Positions 1-11,343 of a stretch of DNA of 64,000 nt are shown here, one piece after another. Source of the DNA: Paramecium tetraurelia (lineage: Eukaryota); assembly GCA_000165425.1 (NCBI GenBank), contig CT868660.1, positions 620,001 through 684,000 on the forward strand. The letters run 5' to 3'. The notes under the pieces were generated by a model, which saw only the letters and a program-made list of their open reading frames with translations, was not told the DNA's origin and ran no database searches. Numbering within the stretch: the stretch's first letter is position 1; each line of letters starts with the position of its first letter. Position numbers and translations under genes: made by a program.

Positions 1-61
1 ATTAACTTATTTGACAAAATTATTAGAACTAAAATAAAATTTATATTTATTTATTTATTAA

Positions 62-918
62 ATGGATCCCAATGCTTAAATTAATGAGAAGATACACAAA
101 ATTATAAGAGAAATTGAGCACTCTGCAATTTGAAGTAGACACTACAAAAGATGCAAAAATAGATGAAATTTATGATAGAGTCAATAAAGCACAAAGTGAG
201 TTGAAGGATATTATCAATAATTACAGTGAATAACTTGTAATATTAAGTTCTAAATATAGGGATAATTGGCAGGTTAATATTAAGATCTCAATAAATAATT
301 CGAAAAGCAAAATGAATAATATAGTTCTTAACATGAGAAAAAACTTAAGGAAATTAAAAATTTGGAAAATAAGCTTCAGAAGAAGTTGGAAGATGACATA
401 AAGGCAAACAGAGAATAAAGCGATTAAGTCCTATCAAACTACGATTAATAAGTAAGTGTCTTATAATTACACCTTTAAGGTCCAAGATTTACTATAACAG
501 ATAGGATAAGAAATAAAGGTTAAAAATCAACAAGTAAATATAATAAATACTACTCTTTAAAATGATTTACCTACTTTGTGGTAATATAATGTATAAGAAA
601 ATTAAGAAAGAGTACAAGAGGATTAAGATATTGTCAAAAGAGCTAGCAATGAGATTTCTAAACTGTTTGAATAGGCAAATTAAGGAAAGTAACAAAGGTA
701 CTAAAAGTCGATTAATTTATAGAGAGGATGCAGAAGTGAGTATGTTTTCGATGTTGAAAGAAGTAGTAGTAAGAATCAAGAGTGAATTAGAAGAGGAGAG
801 ATAATTGAGAATGGATGGACATGAGGCTTTATTGACCATACTTGAGGAAGCATATGAGAAAATGGAGGAAACACATGCAAAAGTTTAATAATAAAAGGCT
901 GCTTTACAAGAAAAATGA
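62..918 (+). CDS. SF-assemblin/beta-giardin-like coiled-coil protein (striated fibre family)
   Basis: Ciliate-code translation gives ...KLQEKLSTLQFEVDTTKDAKIDEIYDRV...REDAEVSMFSMLKEVVVRIKSELEEERQLR...HEALLTILEEAYEK, with several tiny introns and TGA at 916-918. The ATG at 62 is out of frame by one base at the A-run 98-101; an in-frame ATG exists at 84. Confidence 0.6.
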
Positions 919-1778
919 AATATAATATTATGTTCAATTTTTATCAGATTTGATAATTTTGTGTAATAAAATGGAGTTAAAAGAATAAAAAGAACCCATA
1001 TTTAAAACAAAAATTAATGTGAAGATTTACTTAACCGCAAACATAATTCTATATATCTTTAATATAAACATAGAGCTACTTCATTTAATTTACTTTCAGC
1101 AAATCTGCCAAAAACTATATAGCAGTAAATTCAAACATAACATTAAATTTTATTCAAATTTTGCATAATGTTGTAACTGATAGCATTTCAAATGGTTTTA
1201 TCTTCCTTATTCAATCTTAACTTTTCTTCCAGTTTAAATTTGTAATCCTATTTACTCTAGATTACTGATTTAATCATCTCAAGGTGGTATTAGCATTAAG
1301 ATTCATTATGTTATTTGTAAATACTTTCAGATTACCATCTACTCCTAATTTGATAATCAAGGATTTTGCAAATAAATAGGTGATAATAGAGGAATTAAAT
1401 GATTTTTAGACTTTATTGCATTGAGAATATTAATGAGTGGTTCAATTGATTTCTAGTTAATGTTGATTCAAACTCTAACAAATACCAGGATTAGGTTCAT
1501 TTTTAATCTAAAATCATTTAATTATACTATTAATCAACATTTACAAAGAGTATTATAAAATAATAGATTATTGTAATGACACCAATAAAGATGAACCGAA
1601 AGGGATAATTGTTAGGATTTTGGGGATACTTACTTATTTAATTAATTATTTTTTATAAAATTAACTGCTATTTTAGAAATTAGGGTTGTGATTATTTTTT
1701 TTGAGAACATTAAATATTCTAATATATGCATAATATCTTATTTAATATTTATTTGTTTTATAAAGAAGAATTGACAGG

Positions 1779-2575
1779 ATGTCCGAGGATGCTGAGTAGA
1801 GTTTTAGAGTTAATGAGATAATTTGGGCGAAAGTCTTAGGCTGTAAGTATAATATAATTAATTAGATCCATGGTGGCCTGCTAAAGTAATTATACAAAAA
1901 TCATCTTTTAGATTGCTTCTATTATGAATGTGAATGGCAAGAATGGATAACACAGTGAGTACAGAGTTAATTTTATTGGAGACACTTCGCAGTATTAAAT
2001 TTAGTTAGCATTATAGCGCCTAATTGAGGTTCGATAAATTGAAAAAATGGAATCCTAAACCAATACAATAAGAAACTAAAAAGTTAAAAGAATCAATAGA
2101 TTTAGCTAATAACTTGATTGAAGCGTAAGAGAAAGCTTAAGAAATTGAATTGGGCAATCTAAACGAGCATATTTTAAAGGGTCTAACTATCAAATTGAAT
2201 GATCTTGTTTATAACCAAAGATCTATATCGGATGTAATTGATCAAATAATGTCTTAGATCATTCAAGCCTTAAATCTAATAAGCGACAATGAAAAGTTAA
2301 CGATAGTTAAACTAAATTTGGGATAATAATATTTTGCATTGTATTAGAGCTTAAAGTAGGGGAAAGGAGAGAACCCCCTTTAACAATCCCAAGATTTTAT
2401 TGATTAATTGAAAGCGACCATCGGTTTCTAATTATCATAGGAATTCTTGTCAATTTAAAAAAAATAAGAAAAGCCTACTCCTAACAGTGATGACACTAAG
2501 GAAATCACTGACTCTCCTGTAAAGAAAAGGAAAATTGAAGAAATCTCAAAAGATGCACTTTGTAATTAACATTGA
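1779..2575 (+). CDS. PWWP-domain protein (putative chromatin reader)
   Basis: MSEDAEQSFRVNEIIWAKVLGYPWWPAKIAS...YRVNFIGDTSHAQL after removing introns 1843-1865, 1886-1911 and a third. Basic PVKKRK motif near the C-terminus; TGA 2573-2575. Confidence 0.85.
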
Positions 2576-3182
2576 TTTTATATATAATTATTTCTACGCA
2601 TTCGTTGTCTATTTCTATTACTCTTTGCTTTTCACAGAAAATTGAGAAATTGATTTTCAAAAAAATTATCATAAAAACATAAAAGATTAGTTTCAGGACA
2701 TAATTTTGGGTCCATATCAGAAGATGCTATGCTTACAACACTCAATATTAGCATCTAAGTGATAATATTTTTATTCGTTTTTATAGTTTTCCTCTTTTAA
2801 TAATTACCATGTAAAATATTTGACAACTGGAATTTTATAATATTCACGCTTCTTTGCTTGATAAATTAAGCATTAATTAAATTTATATTATTGAACAGCT
2901 TATAATTTTAAAGTTCTCCCAGTATGATTGTTTTTCATTTCTTCACTAATGGTCATAAAGTTGGTTATTGTAAAATTAATCGTTAATAAGTTGTATTCTT
3001 TAAATAGAGGTCATTTATCAGTGAACATACTTAAGTTAGATAAATCGAATAACATATGGAACATAAAATCATTTAGAGCGAGATGGTGTGATGCTTATCT
3101 ACATTTTGTGATCTAGATTCTGAATTATTCGAAAGGAATAAAAAATATATTTGGAACAAAAAGAATATAGATAAGTAACAAT

Positions 3183-3497
3183 TCATTTATTGTTTTTCTT
3201 TATTTTCTTTAGACACCCCAGAGCCTGTCTTAATTTATTCATTCTAGCTTAGTTTGTTAATTTTTGATGATGCATGATCATCCTATTTACTCTACATCTG
3301 AATTCATCAATTTGAGTCTTTGATGAATCAAGGAAGTCCTGTGGAATAGTGTGAAAGGCATAATCGAGTTGATCAAGAGCTTTTTCTGAACTTTCGAAAA
3401 GAACTGATTGAAGTTTTTATTATGGAAGTCTCATAAGAAGTATGAGCATAGTTCTTGATTCTTCGAGTATCTTCGGTTGATTTAATTCAGTTGCCAT
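3183..3497 (-). CDS. hypothetical protein, 104 aa
   Basis: Intronless ciliate-code ORF MATELNQPKILEESRTMLILLMRLPQQKLQSVLFESSEKALDQLDY...LKKIKKNNK*. Confidence 0.6.
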
Positions 3498-3854
3498 AGC
3501 AAGATGATTTGAATTATTTTTTAAAAATAATCAAAAATTAACCTCACTCCTGCTTTATTGTTGTAAATTACAATCAACCTCATTAAATATATTAGTTAAT
3601 AATAAAACCCTAAAAATAGTTATCAAAATTACTAAATAAATGAATTATATAGAATGTTCATAAGCTCTCTTTTCTAAAAGTGTTAAAAAAGATAGAAAAG
3701 GAATAATAAGAGGTATTTTAAATAGATCACATTTCAAATTTTATAATTAAATTCTAATTTCCCTTAGAATATATAAATCAAAACTTCAGACAAAACTAAA
3801 TATCTAAAACATTAAAATAATGTTGGTTTTAAAGGAAAAATACTGAATTATTAA

Positions 3855-4389
3855 TCAACAATCTTGTTATTATTCTATGATGGTTGTGGTCACCATTCTA
3901 CTCTTATAATACTTTATTAGTTCTTGAGGAGCGTACTTAGCAACTTCAGTTGTATAATATTCCTTTGATTTTGGGATTGTACCATTAGACCTGAATAAAC
4001 AATGATATGTACCTTGGTCTCCATTATATGGTAGCAATTAACTTACCATTTAGGGAAGACTTCTTGACTGAGACAATTTTTTATACTTTGTCACCTTACA
4101 AAAAATCACCATTTTCAATTATTGGACCAAATGAAAATGATTCAGTTTTGAAGTTATCCAGACTTAAATCATGGATTTTTTGTATTTTTGACAATTTAGA
4201 GGTTGTCATTAGATTTTATGTAAAGTCATCTTCTCTCTCGTACCTTGTAAAAATATCTATTAAATTTTCCAAATTGTTATTATATTTTGAAATATGCTGA
4301 TCAGCATCTAGAATTTCTAGTTTTGTTTTCTTTCTCTATTAATCTTGTTGCTATTCTAAGGTTTACTTTCTTCGATTATTCTTTTTCAT
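3855..4389 (-). CDS. chromo-shadow-like domain protein without a chromodomain
   Basis: MKKNNRRKQ...GDKVQKIVSVKKSSLNGKLIATIQWRPRSNGTIPKSKEYYTTEVAKYAPQELIKYYKSR with one 22-nt intron. Resembles the chromo shadow pattern (KI.G...G.L.FL.KW...EA..KCPQ.VI.FYE.R). Confidence 0.6.
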
Positions 4390-4596
4390 TATTTATTTTT
4401 AATAGCTAATAGCGGAAAATTTTTGTGTAAATTTAATTATAAAATACACACCAAAAATTTCCCAAAACTTATTAATTTAATCTGAATCACAAGTATTTGA
4501 ATTTTATTGAGTTTTAAATTAGAAATATTTTGAATTTCAAATAATTGGAAATAGTTTAATTTTCCATAACATAAAATTTATAATATTATAAAATAA

Positions 4597-7135
4597 ATGT
4601 TTAGATCACAAGAAATGAGTTATTTTTAGTTAATCATGCCCCAAGACAGTGCATGGACTATTATGGATTAATTGGGATATCTAAGTAAGGTGGAAATCAT
4701 TGACCATAATCCTAATGAAGCTCTAATCAATAGACCATTTGCCAATTATGTCAAAAGGTATATTGTTTTTAATAAAACCCAAAGGTGCGATGATTTAATA
4801 GTGAAAATAGAGAATATGCTATAAGTAGCGAAAAATTTGAATTTGCTGTCTAATTACAAGAAAGGAAATTTGAAATAGTTTACCAATCAAGTATTCCATA
4901 TTATATAATTATTGTTTATAGCAAAATTCACACAGTCATACCTACCTTGACAAGATCGAAGATGACATCAACAAAAAGACATCATCTTTTCAAGAATAAA
5001 ATAAGCATCTTGAATAACTTATTGATTAATCTGAATATATTCAAAATTACATAGAAATTCTAAAAGAAAGTAAAACCTATTTGGGGGAACAAGTATTTCA
5101 AAATCAACAAATCTCAAAATTTGAATGCTACGTTGGCATACTCAAAAATTTGGAATAATTATAGTATTTATGTATACTAGAATAGATTCCATCGTGTAAT
5201 ATTTAGAGTAACAAAAGGAAATTCTATGGTGCATTTAAAAAGAATGAATGAGAAATAATCAATATTCATTGTTTTATTCCCAAACATAGGAAACTATGGA
5301 AAATAAAAAATATAAAAGATTGTAGAATAAGTATCTCAAGGAAAGTTTACTTTACCTTAGAGTCACTAGGAATTTGAAAAAAAGTTAAATGAATTGCAAA
5401 TGAAACAAGCTGAATATATTAATGTAATAAACAATACAGAATATAGCTTATATAAATGACTCAGAATTAGCTGTGCTAATGCATATCAAATATGTTGGTT
5501 CTCAGAAATGGATTACCACTTATAGAATTTTATAAGTTCTACTTAATTAAAGAAAAGGATCTCTATAAAGAACTGAATAAACTTAAAATGCAAGGAAGAC
5601 TATTTCTCGGAGAATTATGGGTGCCAACAAAGGATATTTTTCAATTAGAGCAAACTTTATAAATGATAAAAGAACAACAAACTAATAATCCTGGAGGTTA
5701 ATTAGCATAAAAGTATCCGCCTGATTTCCTTTAGAAACCTACTTATTTCAAATTAAATGAGTTTACTTCCATCTTTTAAGAGATAGTCAATACATATGGG
5801 ATTCCAAGATATCAAGAGATCAACCCTGCAATAATAACAATAATTACATTTCCATTTTTATTTGGAGTAATGTTCGGAGATATAGGTCATGGATTTACCT
5901 TATTCATGTTTGGATCTTATCTGTGTTTGTTTAAGAATAAATCATTCTACAATTTAAGATATCTGATCCTATTGATGGGTGTATTTAGCTTTTATTCAGG
6001 ACTGATATATAATGATTATTTAAGTTTATCTTTGAATCTATTCTAAACTTGTTTCAGATCAGAGGAGGAATGCGTATATCCATTTGGTATTGATCCAATG
6101 TGGGGAGGCCATTTAGAATTCAACGACTCATTTAAAATGAAGCTAAGCATCATAATAGCATTTTGCCATATGTTGTTAGGTATTTCATTGAGTGGTCTAA
6201 ATTATCTATTTTTGGGGGATTGGCTAAAATTGTCATGTAAATTCCTACCATAATTGCTATTTTTGATATGTACTATAGGGTATATGGTATTTTTGATAAT
6301 ATACAAATGGTTGAATCATTTTGAACCGTAAAATGCCCCAAGCATAATAACAACAATGATATCGATGATTTTGAACTTAGGGAGAATATCAGGTCCTTAA
6401 ATGTGGGAAGGAGACTCTCAGGACTACATATAATATTGTCTCTTATGTATATTTTTGTATAGCATTTAGTAATGACAATCATCTCAATACCTTGGATGTG
6501 GTTTCCATCAATTATTAGTCACCTGCTATAATAGGGAAGTTTTCAATAAAATGAAGGTAAACGTAAGACTCACAGAATAGATTATGGATAATTGGTAGAA
6601 GAACCAGGGATTGAAATGACATAAACTCATTCTTATAGTCATGAATAGATAGACACAAAATACGGTTAGCCAAATGGAGAAACGCAAGAATCAACATTCT
6701 TTATTAAATAAAAGAACACTTCACATTAAGGAATCTAAGACCTGATAGTTCATGAAACTATTGAGACATTGGAGTATGTCCTTGGAGTAATATCAAATAC
6801 TGCAAGCTATCTAAGGTTATGGGCATTGAGCTTGGCTCATTCATAACTTTCAGAAGTTTTCTTTGAATTGTTGTTAGTTTAACCAATAAATCATGGATAG
6901 CCAATTAGTTTAATGATCGGATTTCCATTCTGGGCCTTGATAACCTTTGGTGTTTTAATGTGTATGGATAGTATGGAGTGTTTTTTGCATTCCTTAAGAT
7001 TACATTGGTATATACGAGAAATTACAGTATAGGGTGGAGTTCTAGAATAAGTTTTATAAAGGGGATGGAGTCTAGTTTAAGGTGTTTTCCTTTAGAGATA
7101 GAATCAAAGAAAGCATCAATTTAGAATCTTAGTGA
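4597..7135 (+). CDS. V-type H+-ATPase V0 subunit a
   Basis: [86 protein letters not shown] (essential Arg present); [20 protein letters not shown]. Confidence 0.97.
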
Positions 7136-7233
7136 AGGATTAGAGTTATGTTTTTAGTATTAATTTAGATAGGATATTGAGTCTTAAATTATTATTCTCT
7201 TTTACGCATTTTCTTCATTGAAATAAAATTATA

Positions 7234-7634
7234 ATGAATAAGAAAGATGATCCTTATTAATTAAATATTAGTTATGAAACTGACCCAATCAAGACTAATG
7301 TTATGAGCCATGGATAACAATTAAGTTCACAGGGAATTGAGAATCAAATGAACCTCCCCACAGAGCTTGATGGTATTAGATGAATTAAACAATTTAAGAT
7401 TATGAAGGGCCAACTCTTTTTTATTGTAATCATTGTAGAATGGATTCGGTTTCCACTTGTGAATTTGAGGCTTCAGGTTAAACATTTCTTTGTGCCTTTC
7501 TTTTATTTTTTATTCTCAATATTTTTGGTTGTCTGATTCCTTATAGTTCAAATGCATGTAAAAACAGAAGACAGATATGTCCAAGATGTAGAAATGTGAT
7601 AGGAATCAAATATTATAATGCATGTGCATGTTGA
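7234..7634 (+). CDS. LITAF-like zinc-ribbon membrane-associated protein
   Basis: PTLFYCNHC, then hydrophobic FLCAFLFIFLFSIFLGCLIPY, then QICPRCRNVIG: two CxxC knuckles flanking a hydrophobic segment. One intron. Confidence 0.85.
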
Positions 7635-7680
7635 AAACAAAATTTACATCCTTATAATTTGATTGATAATTATTTATTGT

Positions 7681-8188
7681 ATGATTAATAATTAAATTTA
7701 TTAACCAGTTGAATTCATTTATTCATATACGATAGGAGGAAAGGAACAGTAGCATTTGTAGTTAAAGAATTAATTACCGCAAAAGAAGAGGAATCTAACA
7801 GAGGAAGAGAGAAAATAAATAAACAGAGATATATAGAATAAGTTTGATAGAAAGGAAATTGTGAAGAAAAAAATTCATAAGCAAAGTTTTATCAAAATTA
7901 ACCCTAAGAAATACCTAAAATTGTATTGGATTAATCTTTAGTTTTAGATTCAAGAAATTGAAGTGCAGAAAAAATAAAGTGAAAAAACTGATTCTTGGAA
8001 AAAAAATAAAAATCATTAAAAGAGAAAGGATCTTCCAAATAGGTAAGGAAGAAGTAGATGAGTATGTAAAAGTGAAGGATGCCTATGATAAAGAGTATGA
8101 TAAGGGCAAAGTTAAGAAGGTTAAGAAGAAGAGAGAAAAATAAACATTAGATTTTGATAAAGCATATAAATTAAAATATAATAAATGA
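7681..8188 (+). CDS. small lysine-rich protein with USP36-tail-like motif (putative nucleolar)
   Basis: MINNQIYQPVEF...KKRNLTEEERKQ, a 25-nt intron near 7923, then KDAYDKEYDKGKVKKVKKKREKQTLDFDKAYKLKYNK*. Confidence 0.7.
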
Positions 8189-10125
8189 ATTTAAAAGATG
8201 AATAATTTAATGAAGAAATCTGTGTGAAGATCAAGACTTTGGATAATCATACTTTAGATGTTCGAATTAAATAAAGCCAAACAGTGAATGAACTGAAAAA
8301 TTTAATTGAAATAGTAACTTGTCATGTTTAATCAAGGTCTCAAGCATTCCATCTTCGAGACAGAGATTATTGTTTAAGGGAAGATAACTCAGTAATGAGG
8401 ATACTTTGATTTCTTTGAACATTGAAGATTAATGCGTTGTTCATTTGGTTGCCAATATGCCTGAATTTGAATCATCCCCTTTAAATAGAGGTTTATCTAC
8501 CAGTTCAATTGATGAGCATGACAATCGGAATAGTTGTATTTATATAGCACATATATAGTCGATATACAGGAGAACAGAAGAAACTCTAGGAAAAAGGTTC
8601 TCTAGTAAAGATTACATGGATTTCAATAACTACCAACTAGGAATTCTTTGCAGTAGAATGTTATGACATTGCATAATCTTTTATAATCATTCAACACAGT
8701 AGCCGAAGCCATTGAACAAGGATAAATATTTGCCTAGAAAGACTTTGAACTCGGTTAATGGATCGATTTCAAGGATGTTAACGGAGAATGGATTGAAGGT
8801 CATGTGGGATAAAAATAATAGAATCAGGTTTTAATTATTCATCAGAATGGAGAGGAATGGATAGGAGTTCCATCGAATAGATTGGCGTTATTCAGATCTC
8901 ACACTATACAAAAGACATATCACATGTCTCCCATCTTAAATAATCACGAATAACAACAGTTATGGACGTTTAGTGAACTGCTCGGTCAAACGGCTATGTT
9001 GTTATCTAGAGCTGGCAACATGATGTCGAGATTGGCTGATAGTGTGGAAGACAAGTCGATCCCATAAAACAAAAAGGCTGATATGTCTAATCTTATAACT
9101 GGAATGATTGAGGAACAAAGAAGAATCCAGGAAGAAAAAGTGGAGAGGTAGGATGATGTTACATCTCTTAAATCTATGAAGTCCATGAAATCAGATAAGA
9201 TTTCTATTGATTATGAAACATCCTCGATTAAATCTATGAAGTATATTGTTTAACTAATTAGATCTGATATCTCCAAATTAACTACGTATTTTGTTGGCCA
9301 TAATCATAATACAATGATGGCTGAAAATATTGCAGAGGAAGAGGAGAACAGTAGTCAAGACATGTCAGTTGATAATCAAAGGGATGCTCCCAACATTTCC
9401 AAAGAATTTAAGGAAAATTATGTTTATTATGAGACTTCTTTGTTGGCTGCCTAATTAGCCCCTCTAGCTGATCGACTAGGGAGATTATTGTAAATTTTCA
9501 CCTTAACTTTAATAGAGTTGATTTATCCCCATATCTTGCATTGAGTGGAGCCAATATAAACAAGTAATCTTATGTTATATGAAGTATCTTTCAAAATCAT
9601 CCTAATTCCAATATATCCAATTTATCCATTATCACTAATGAAGGCAGTCAGTATTCAACTTAAGCTAAGCAATATTATTTTTAAGTCCCTATTTTGTTAA
9701 CTCCTTATGAATTGCATACACAATCATAGTATGGAGTATCAGCCAATAGAATTGTAGGAGATAATGTAGACATCCTGAATCACTTAAACAACAATAATGG
9801 AAATCCAAGGCAAAAAAAAAGCACAAAAAAAGAGGAAGAAGAAAAGCAATAGTTTGTGTCATTATCTAAATATAAACCAACATAATAATCATATCATTAA
9901 TAATACTAACAGTAATAATAACAATAACAATAATAATTCCAATAATATCAATAAATGAAAGAATCAAATCTTTAAAACACAGAATAAGATGATACCTAAT
10001 ATATATAATAGTATTAATAATAAAAGAAATAATCTGCTGATGAATAAATTAAAAAGAAAAAGAAAGGTAAAGAAGTATCATTTTCAGAATAAATTAATCA
10101 ACTAAAAAAAGACAAATAATTTTGA
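8185..10125 (+). CDS. N-terminal ubiquitin-like domain protein (BAG6/Scythe-like Ubl) with Tudor-like segment and Q-rich tail
   Basis: MNLKDEQFNEEICVKIKTLDNHTLDVRIKQSQTVNELKNLI...IPSSRQRLLFKGRQLSNEDTLISLNIEDQCVVHLVA; later FELGQWIDFKDVNGEWIEG and LAPLADRLGRLL. Several tiny introns. Confidence 0.8.
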
Positions 10126-10176
10126 AAAATATATTATATATATGATTATATATACAGAAATAATATTTCGTTCAAC

Positions 10177-10685
10177 TCAATAATTCTTGAACATATAATA
10201 AAAGAACTTCATTGTCGTTGGTGGATAGATAATTGAATAAAATTTATCCTTTTGAGATTAAAAAAATTCCAACTATTTTGTAATCATAATACTGTTACTT
10301 CATAGGAGACTTCTCTCTATCCATTTATATCAATCACCCATTTTTCACAAGCTAGCATATCATCTTCTTTATTAATCATTTTATTTCTATAAATATTTTA
10401 CATCCAGGTGTATTTAGGGGTTTCTTTACACTTTTCAATGCTTTTCAATTTCAAATATTCCTCTGAACTCTTCATAAATTTTAGTTCAATATCTGCAATT
10501 CCCTTATATGCATAACTAAATAAATCGTATTTCATTTCAATATCTATAAATTCCTCATGTTCATCCCTCTCAGGGTTGTCAAAGGAATGCAAAGCAATAA
10601 AAATATCTTTTAAAAATGATTTAGGATATCTATAATATTGCTCTTAATTTTCTTTCTCCTTCTCTTTTTCATTAGAATTTGACAT
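10177..10685 (-). CDS. hypothetical protein
   Basis: MSNSNEKEKEKENQEQLYRYPKSFLKDIFIALHSFDNPERDEHEEF..., open in ciliate code with one probable intron. The 3' end is approximate. Confidence 0.6.
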
Positions 10686-10805
10686 AAACTTACTTACTAG
10701 ATTATTTAATTAATTGTAAAATAATAATTATTTAAGGTATGTGATAATTAAATAAAAAATACATCCTCTTTTTTATAATATCAATATATATATAAATATT
10801 TAGTA

Positions 10806-11324
10806 ATGTCCAAAATATATGAAATAGAAAATCAAATGATTATAAGATTTCCCCCTGAAATAGCAGAGAAGATTAGAGATGCTTTTGCAAATAACTAGCA
10901 ATTACCTATGACAATTGAACCAAAAATTGGAAAAGGATTGGAATTTGAAGTATCAATAAACAGTTTGAAATATTAAGATAAAGGTGTATTAGTTGACTTG
11001 CCAACGATAACAGAGAGCTATAAATCTAAAGATTATATAAACTTATATAAATCTAATGATATCAGCTAAATGATTTGGGTTGGAAAGACAAGCAATACAA
11101 GACAATGTGGGGATAAGGTAGTTTGCGACAGTGGATTGACACCACCTACTTATGATATCAGAAAGGATTTTCATCGTAAGCAACCTTAAATTGACATTGG
11201 AGAAATCCAGAGAGTGGAGAAAGAATTACATTCTATCCAATCAGAATTCATGAAATAAGCAGAAGATGAAGAAAATGGGTCAGATGATGGGAAGAAAGGA
11301 AAGAAAAGATACAATAAGTTTTGA
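10806..11324 (+). CDS. TAF7: TFIID subunit TAF7 (TAFII55 N-terminal domain)
   Basis: IENQMIIRFPPEIAEKIR...GVLVDLPTITESYKSKDYINLYKSNDISQMI...SGLTPPTYDIRK...IQRVEKEL. Confidence 0.9.
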
Positions 11325-11343
11325 TCTATTCAATAATATACAC

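Noticed and set aside
991..1003. AACCCATA element resembling the small-RNA upstream element (a similar one on the minus strand near 20801-20812)
   Set aside because: No structured or recognisable RNA about 60 nt downstream in either case.
971..1770. Possible gene starting MELKEQKEPIF
   Set aside because: TGA stops in the frames tried and no consistent intron model; at best a decayed pseudogene.
2719..3170. ORF-like minus-strand stretch
   Set aside because: No clear start and no homology; long ORFs arise easily with a single stop codon.
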